Origin: Azolla caroliniana
Lineage: Eukaryota > Plantae > Polypodiophyta
Length of the DNA: 10,936 nucleotides
Direction of reading: 5' to 3'
Assembly (NCBI GenBank): GCA_043228905.1
Contig: JBHGNT010001212.1
Coordinates: 1 to 10,936, forward strand
Below the pieces are notes generated by a model. It ran no database searches and had not been told where the DNA came from. It worked only from the letters and a program-made list of their open reading frames with translations. Position numbers and translations under genes: made by a program. Of this stretch, positions 1 to 8,200 are shown piece by piece (position 1 is the stretch's first letter; every line of letters begins with the position of its first letter).

Positions 1-840
1 AATTCGTGTCCATTCAGCTATAAGAAGTGTTTTTTCACCTGTCCACATTGCCCTGTTAACATTCAATACTAAAAGAATGGAGAAATTTAGGTCCATTTTG
101 CTTTCTAGGGAGGATTCCAGATTCAGTTTCCTTCCCTCATATGGACCGAAATTTCCAGGCACGTAGATGCATTTCATTTGGTTCCTAATTACTTTATACA
201 TCCTATTGTGTGTCAGGCACTGTCCGCCTACTGTATGTTTTTTTTTGTAGATTGTTACTTCCTTCAGAATTAAACAGCACCATTACTTTATCTTATCAGG
301 GATATAACATCCATGTCTTTCTTTCCATTGGTAAGGCCAGTAAGAAAGTTGATATACATTCAATCATATCTCAGAAATTTACTCAGAAGTTTCAACTTCA
401 AAGAAGTTATACACCAAATGGATCTAGTTTTCGGTATAGTAGAAGATGTGTCTCCCTGCATGACATGGATTTGAAATATTCATGAATGGAATATTCATCA
501 TTTGTGTCACAGGCTGGAAACTATTCCTGGACATTTTCTTTGCCCGATACAGAATGATTTATCCCTGCCTGGACCATCATAAGTAAAGCTGTAACAAAAC
601 TATTTTTTTATCTGCTTAGAACCATCCTGGATTTCAAATGCAGTTAATATATAAGCCCTGTTGTGAAACAGAAGAAGAATGAGATGGTTAGGCCCAGAAC
701 CAATGTGAAGGGTGACATGAAGCATACTATAGCAAAAGAGTATTATATCAACATCCTTGCATAATGACATAAGAACACTCACCTTCATCGTATTTGAGGC
801 TCTTCTTGAATGATGATAAACGAAATAATTTAATTTCCCA

Positions 841-1059
841 TCAGATGCATGCTATAGGTGGAAAATTCAGAATGCACACTATATATACTATTTAATTCAC
901 GTCAAGTAGATCGGATGCATGTAATAGGTGAAAATTCTTCAGAATGTGCTCTATACATACTATCCAATTTACTTCAAGTAGATTGGGATGTATCATATGT
1001 TAGATAGGGAAAATTCTTCAATGCGTACTATACATATTATTGAATTTACTCTTAGCAGA
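841..1059. repeat. Degenerate tandem repeat, three copies of a 70-77 bp unit
   Basis: Units at 841-910, 911-982 and 983-1059 share gatg(c/t)at...atagg...aaaattc...aatg...ctata(t/c)ata(c/t)tat...aatt(c/t)ac...ag(t/c)aga. Confidence 0.85.
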
Positions 1060-1792
1060 TTAATAGTGACCTGATCAAAAAGCATAACCAGAGCAGGAAC
1101 CATGAAAAGTAAACCATAAATCATATTGAAGGATATTGATGACAAAATCTCTTCTTCAGGAGCATTCCCTGAACGCTGGGGAGAGGTAGAATGGGTTAAT
1201 ATTGCAATACATATTAAAGTTAACCATATTTCTCTCTCCTTCTTCCCTCTCCCATTCACTCATTTGTAGGACCATATTGTTCTGTTCATGTGAAGGTATG
1301 TGAATCCCGAAATGGTCTCTGGGGCTATGCCTAATGACAAAAATGAGAATAAAGGAATTCACAAAATATATGGATATGAGAAAACATACCTGGATGTTCA
1401 TAAACAATCTGAAGCAATGCACATCTTAGGTACGAAGACGCAGTCATCTATCTGTTTGATACAAAATATGATACCAATTTAGATACTAAACGTTCACTTG
1501 AAATTTCACCTTGACTGCTTCAGGGGTGAAACATTTCTTGGATATTTTTCATCAGTCTTGAAGGCATGATTCAATCCCTGTAATCACATGAATTTTGACT
1601 TGCTACCCTTGATTTTGTTATGTACTAGAGAATTTTCTTCAGCCACCATTGCTTCGTTTATATGAGTATTCCTCAAGCACGGTTCTTGGTCAGCTTTAGT
1701 TTAGCTTTAGTATGTATCTTGCGATTGCATCTTTACATTTATTGATGCGTAGAGAACCTAGGTATTGCGCAACATATGCCACTTTTGTTTTG

Positions 1793-1923
1793 TCTTTCTT
1801 GTCGGTTAGGGGTCTCTATTTTATGTTCTTTCAGGTTAGTTGAAGGTAATATATATGAAACTTTCATATTCTCTTTCTTTTTGGTTAAGGGTCACTATTT
1901 TCTGTCTGTTAAAGTTGAAGGTA
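1793..1923. repeat. Degenerate direct duplication, about 52-56 bp, two copies
   Basis: tctttcttgtcggttaggggtctctattttatgt...agttgaaggta (1793-1848) vs tctttctttttggttaagggtcactattttctgt...agttgaaggta (1872-1923). Confidence 0.7.
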
Positions 1924-2057
1924 GCTATTAGACTGGTTTTATGGAAGATATATATAAAAGAAGGAATATTTATCCATTAACAATATTTATCAAAGTTTTA
2001 CTAGCATTGTGAAATATCTGTACATATAAGAATCCATACGTTTACATGAAATCTCTC

Positions 2058-2120
2058 ATTCTGAAATTCTGAAGAGTGATTCTTATACATGATCAATAAT
2101 TCTGAAACGCTGAAGAGCGA
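2058..2120. repeat. Short direct repeat, 22 bp x2
   Basis: attctgaaattctgaagagtga (2058-2079) vs attctgaaacgctgaagagcga (2099-2120), 19/22 identical. Confidence 0.6.
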
Positions 2121-2161
2121 AAACTTGACTTGTTAGATACTCTTATTGAAATGTTTTCCAG

Positions 2162-2230
2162 ATTTTGGGACAGAAGAAAGAGTTTCTTGCATTAGAAAAC
2201 TTATATGTTCAATTACAGGAAGATTTCAAG
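2162..2230 (+). CDS. CCDC57: CCDC57-like exon (ILGQKKEFLALENLYVQLQEDFK), 69 nt, phase 0/0
   Basis: Acceptor gttttccag|ATT, donor AAG|gtataa. An in-frame TGA at 2147 shows it must be entered by splicing. Ends in LQEDF, which continues into the next exon's YNL. Confidence 0.85.
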
Positions 2231-5200
2231 GTATAAATTTTATTTAATGAAACTGTTTTCTCTGGATTCTTGTTTGACATTACTCTTTTGCATTGTCTAC
2301 AAACGATTGAATGTTTTTCTGTCACTTTGAACATTGTTTCTACTTAACATTATCTTGGTGCTACATAGTCAACTACTCTTCTGCACTATGAATTACATTT
2401 GAGTCTTCAATGCACATATTATGGACGTACAAGACTCAAATCGAACAATATGGCTGTTCTTGATTCTTGTCTTGTATAGGATGTAGGGTTTCAACTTTCT
2501 TGGAAAATTATTTTGTCTATGAAAGGAGATAGTTTACATTAGAGCTTCCTTTGGGTGTATGGTTTCTGATCCATGTGGGTCAATCATTTCTATACGTGCC
2601 TAACTACCTCCCATTTGGGGAAATTACAACCAGCAAAGTTGTGACCTATAAATAGCCCCCTCCTCACTATCTCATTCAGCTTTCATCCGTCTAAAACTTC
2701 CCTATTAATGCGCATTTGTGCTTGTTACTGCAGCCCATTCACAAGTCTTCTCACCCTCTTGCAAGAAGCTCATAGCTGGGGACACTGTCTTTTAAGATTA
2801 GTACAATGTTCATTTCTATTTACTGTTTTATGTCTCATCTCATGTTTTTATGCAACCTCATTGTCTAGGCATAGTGTGATCATGGAATGTTTGAAATATC
2901 TTTTTCTTTTCATATAATTAAGACAGTTTTGATTCATACGCATTTATAAAATCTCAAGGGAGTAGTTGTTCAGTTTATGAAATCGTTGTTGAGATGAATG
3001 CTATATTGCTCTCTAAAATGAAGCCAAACCTACTGCAGTACAACCTTGCACTTCTTGATGACCGGGATGTAGAACTAGAGCAGTATGAGTCTTTATTCGA
3101 GATGATTGAGGTATATCATTATGATTATAGATCCTATTTAAAAATGTGTATGTATGAAAGCCGGACAATTTTTGGAGGTTGAATGATATCATGAGTAATC
3201 CATGTAGCACATTATGATAAGAAACCAATTTTTATTTAACCAGGTCTCTTTGAAAGAAAAAGATTCAGCATTGGAAGATCTAAGAAATTCTATGTCTAAA
3301 TCTGAGACAAATTATTTGAAGGTAGCAAATTGGTGACATTTTAATGTTCTTTTAAGCTCCAAAGCAAAATCTTTAAAGAAACAGTAAAACTGGGGCTCGA
3401 ACTTCCTAGGTATAATTTATCATCCTTTCCAAAATGAAGAAGAAATTGTAAGAACTCATTAATTTGTTCTATAGGAAAAAGAAGAACTAACAAATTGTCA
3501 AAAGTCAATGCTGCAACAGATACAGTGCCTACAGCTAGAGGTGTGTTATGTTCCAAACTGACCTTTCTAAAATTTCCAATTTCTTGATTGTTTGCTCAAT
3601 AGTTTCTTTAGGAAACACCATTATTCATGAATAGAAGAACATTTCTCTGTTTGGTTCAGCTCAGGGTACTGGAGGTAAACTAAAAAATATGCTTTTCTGG
3701 ATTGAAAGGATTTGCTGACTGTAAGTTTTGAGGGTTTCTTAGATAGTGAGGATTTTTTGATATAATGAATGATCAACCCCAAGCTGTCAATTTATCCCCA
3801 GAAGTACTCTTAGAGTGCACATTTTGTGATAGCGCCCCAAATGAGGAGTAGCTATTGTGCAACCCGACCATATGGGTCGATAAGGTATCAATCTAGGAAA
3901 CCATGGATGAGTAGGACACAATGTATTTAGGAAAGAGCGAAGTAGGCTAATAGGATTGACTAATTAAGTCAACTACAAGAATATTTGGTGGGCAAGTTAT
4001 GATGTACTTAGTCTTGAAGTATATGCCATTGACTTTACGATAAGTACTATCTGGCACTAGAAGCCAGTTGGGTCATATTAAGTGACAAGTCAGTTGGGAG
4101 TTGGGTCATATTAAATGACAAGTCAGTTGACAAAAAAGGAATATCTCCACTACTATCAACTGACTACACATTTAAAGTTACACTCAGACCAAACGGAGAA
4201 TATAATCCACTCTCTTACAATAGTGGTTGTGACTTTTATTGGTTCCCACTAATTTTTTGGTGAGCTGGTCCAGATCCCAACTAAGCTCTAAGGTGTGAGT
4301 GCATGGGTGAACTACCATTGTGAGTTATTCTCATAAGTAATAGAAAGTTTGCTTTCATATATCCATCTCTGTGATTGTAACTCTATATGTATATCTAATC
4401 AATTCTCAATATTTCTAACAAGGATTAATAACTCAAAAAACTCCTTTACCTTAATGATGGAAAATATTTGTCTAGAAACTTAGTATGCTGAATATCCAGC
4501 TCTCTTTGCAGAAAAAGTTCATAATGAGCATGATGGGAGGTTGAACTTAGACTATTGTAAGACAGTGCAAATCTATTTGAGAAGTTAGTGAATGCAATGG
4601 GAAATATAGTTCTAGGGTTATATCATGGTGAGGAACTTCTAGTAAATAAATTTGTGCACCTTATAGATCAGGTGGTATTGTGGGAAGCAAGGATCGGTTC
4701 AGATTTGTAGGTGATTCAACATGATGTAGGTGAGACATGCTCTGTCCGGAGTAAGGTGATATCCTGGATGTCTTATGTCAGCAAAGACAGGTCACCATCA
4801 TAGCTCCTCGCTTGTTGACTTGGAATCTGATGAATGGTGTTCCTGCAGGTCAATACACAAGAACGTTGTAAATAGCTAGTCCATCTGCATCTCCAAGGGA
4901 TAATATGCATTCATCATTAATCATACAAAGCATTATATCTGGGAAGCCTGCAGCTCTATTTCTTGGAATATTGGGTTCATTACCTTCAAAGGAGGTCTGT
5001 TGATCACTTTTTTAGTATAGAAGTTGCCAGTGACTGGCAACATGACCTCATTCATTTTGACATATTTATGTCTAGGTATAATGGATGTATTTGACGATGT
5101 CATGTGAAAGTTATAAAGGAGTGATCTAGGTGCAATGTCCATGTTTCTGCCATTTGATTGCCTGTCATGCATCTATAAAAAATGATCGCAATGTCCATGT

Positions 5201-8200
5201 CTCTGCCATTTGATTGCCTGACATGCATCTATAAAAAATGATCCCTCATCTCTTTGCATTCTTGTGTTGACTGCCTCCAACCCTACTACCATTTCTGAAT
5301 CCTCAGGTTCCTTATATGTATCCTATTAATAGTCTACCTTCTCAGTATTGGTATGCCTCCATGTAGAGCATGAACTTTTCTCTAAAGTTCTCTTCTCTAA
5401 ATTGCTTAACATGCATTCATAAAAACAATACCTCGTCTCTTTGCATTTTTGTGTCATCTGGTCTACCCATACTGCTAAATCTAAATGTTGTGGTCCCTCC
5501 CATGCATCTTGTTACTTTCTAGTAATTTATTTTCTTGGCATTGTTGTGTCTGTCTAGACCACAGTCTTTATCTCTGAAGCTCTCTGTAAGAAAGCAAAAG
5601 TGAATTTCCTTTCTAGTAATCCACTTTATTGGCATTTTGGTGCATGTAGGCCATGTCCACCTCGACCATGAACCCATCACCTTTCTCACTGCCAAATAAA
5701 GGTCATTATCACTTGACACTGAAGGTTCCCTTGCTTCGGAGATTGCTCCATCTCGGATTGGCCCATGTTGGAGATTACTCGAAGGCAGAAGTTTCAATCC
5801 ATATAAGCTCAGAATGTTAAGTTTTTAGCTATGCGATTCTCTGGGACCTTAGGCAGTTCTATTAATTAGTTATATTTATTTTGGTTTGTTGTTCTCAAAG
5901 ATGGGACAATTTAAGATGTAACCTCTTGTTTGTCCTTCTACGTCCTTTTCTCCTTTTAAAAGATGTTAATATATCTTTCTTTCTTTCTCTTCTTGTGGTG
6001 AATATTGGGGACACGTCCCTCCTTGGTCATAAAATGAACCTGTGAAATCTCAAGAAAAATCCAGTTGAATCATGACATGGATAATTGCAATACTCAGCCA
6101 AATTGCCTGATTAAATGCTCTTTTGGATTTCTTTAAAATGCAGCTTTTATGCAACAAGCCTAATGCCATGATGTACCCAATAATTGCAAAAGATAGGTCT
6201 GCTATTTAAAGATATTATAGATGCTTCAAAAAGAAACCAATAGATCCATGCCTCTATATGGTTCTGATGTTGTCATTGCCTTTCCATGAACATCTGATTT
6301 ATCCTGTTGAGAAATCTACAATAAAATGAATTATATGCAAGTTGTAGAACTCTTAATAGAGCTCTTTCAAGCAGCAACATAGCATCAGTGACGTGAGATG
6401 GATGTACTTGACATGGACAGAACATTGACGGATTTAAAAGTTTTTGGTGGGGTTTGTTGGACTGCTAGTATAACTATTCCTTCTCTTTTTGCTAATATAC
6501 ATCTAATGCTGCATCATGCTGTTATTAAGTGTCTCTCTACTTATTTTGTTTGGTTATTACAAAGTGGTATATCTAACTTGATTATTTGTTCCATAAAATC
6601 TGGGGGAGGGGTTTTCAGTTGGAAAAATTGCAGGTAGAAAATGATGCAAAATTCAAGAAACAAGCGCAATCATTTGAATTGAGGAAAGAAGGTGAAATTC
6701 ATACATTCCCATTGTTTATCATGTTTATTAAGAAGATCAATCATTTGAACTAGCTAAAAGGGGAAAAATATTTTGTTAATCATTTTGTACACATTTATTT
6801 TTGAAAACTGAATATTTGGATGGTGATACCTAGAATTCAGGCTTCTGTCATGAACTGCTCTGTTTATCACATCATTGCTACTGTCAATTTATGCTAGGGG
6901 TTTCTGTTTTCCCTTTTTTCTACACAATAGTAGAAGCCACTACATTTGAGGGTCCTTTGGATGACAGGCTTGGCATGATAAAGACTCATAGTGCATTTAA
7001 TTCCTATTACATTTTAGGAGGGACCCAAATGGCCTTCTCCAGCCTAAATCTGGTATTTTTGTCAAAGGGTTTTGTGAAGCCAAAAAGCAACAATACATCC
7101 TTTTATTATTTCATTTAATCCCTTCAATAATGGCTCAAAAAGTTGTTATTTTATTGAGGATGGTGAAGCCTCACCTGAACTTAGCTTGACCCTGTGCGTG
7201 CTATCTGTTTCTTTGAGTTGTTTGCTGAACTCATCCTAGAGTGAAGTCATATATCTTGTCTAGGTAATGATCAATCATGCTGACTCTGTAAACCATAAAT
7301 AGTTTAAAGCTTACCAAATGGAGTGAATGTGGAAGACAAGCATTATATTAGTTGGCTGATCACTGCATATAATGTCTTTGTATGCTCCTTCTAAAGAACG
7401 TGCACTTGTTTCAGAAATGAAGTGTGAAGTCTTGGAGAAAGAGAAACAAGTTCGTCAATTGAAAAAGTTTGAGGAAGAGCATGTGCAGAACTTAGAAAAA
7501 CAGCTTGCATTATATCAGGTTTGCTTACTAGTAGCATAAGCTGATGATACAAATGAGTTTATAAATTAGATAAACATGGTTTGAATGTTCATTAATAATT
7601 ATTAGGAAGAGATTTCCTAGAGCTTCGAAATGTTTCCTTTCATATATGGAAGATTCAAAGTCTTGTTTTTTTGTACAGTGCAAATTTGATGCAGTTGAGA
7701 TAAAGCTACATAATATGGAGACTAATTACATGCAATTTGTAAGTTCTTCTATATAGTGAGTTTTTTTCAATAACTGAAGATAGAGATTGAAGGCAATAGT
7801 TTATTTAATCTTAGAAAGAGTGTCTCTTATAAACAAAGCTTGAGAGCATGTTTTATGTCCTCACATATGGCAAATGAATATAAGTGATATCACAGCTTCT
7901 GCCTTTTAGTTAATAATCCAATCAAAATTGTCTTAAGAGTACGTATTCTTTCTGGGGCAAATAACTCTTCTTGTATTCTTATTCATAGTTACTTTTCTCA
8001 ATGATGAAAGATTTTATGCATTTCCAGACATCCCTGCAACCCTCTATGTAGATCAATGTAGAGAACAAGAGGTTCTATATAGAGAAGACATAGGTTTTTC
8101 ATAATCATCTCTTCGTGTTTATGAACAGAAGATGCTTCCATTGGCTTTGACTTCATGACATCTCTATAATTTGGTCAATTGCGCGCAAAACATTGCATCT

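Noticed and set aside
841-1059. CRISPR-like array (period about 70 bp)
   Set aside because: The entire unit is repeated and degenerate, there are no unique spacers or cas genes, and the context is eukaryotic.
210-1482. Supplied ORFs 210..485, 600..788, 993..1259, 1156..1422 and 1300..1482 as genes
   Set aside because: They are short, overlapping and lack recognisable motifs, and several use non-ATG starts. This is expected by chance in AT-rich DNA.
2039-2092. RLHEISHSEILK frame as the missing N-terminal exon
   Set aside because: It is bounded by in-frame stops, has no convincing phase-0 donor, and overlaps a local 22-bp repeat.
2708-2917. 69-aa Cys/Leu-rich ORF downstream of the TATA box
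   Set aside because: Its composition reflects T-rich intron sequence, and there is no defensin-like Cys spacing or clear signal peptide.
2994-3182. ORF 2994..3182 as a standalone gene (likewise 9828..10070)
   Set aside because: Only the central part is coding; the flanks are intron read-through around spliced exons.
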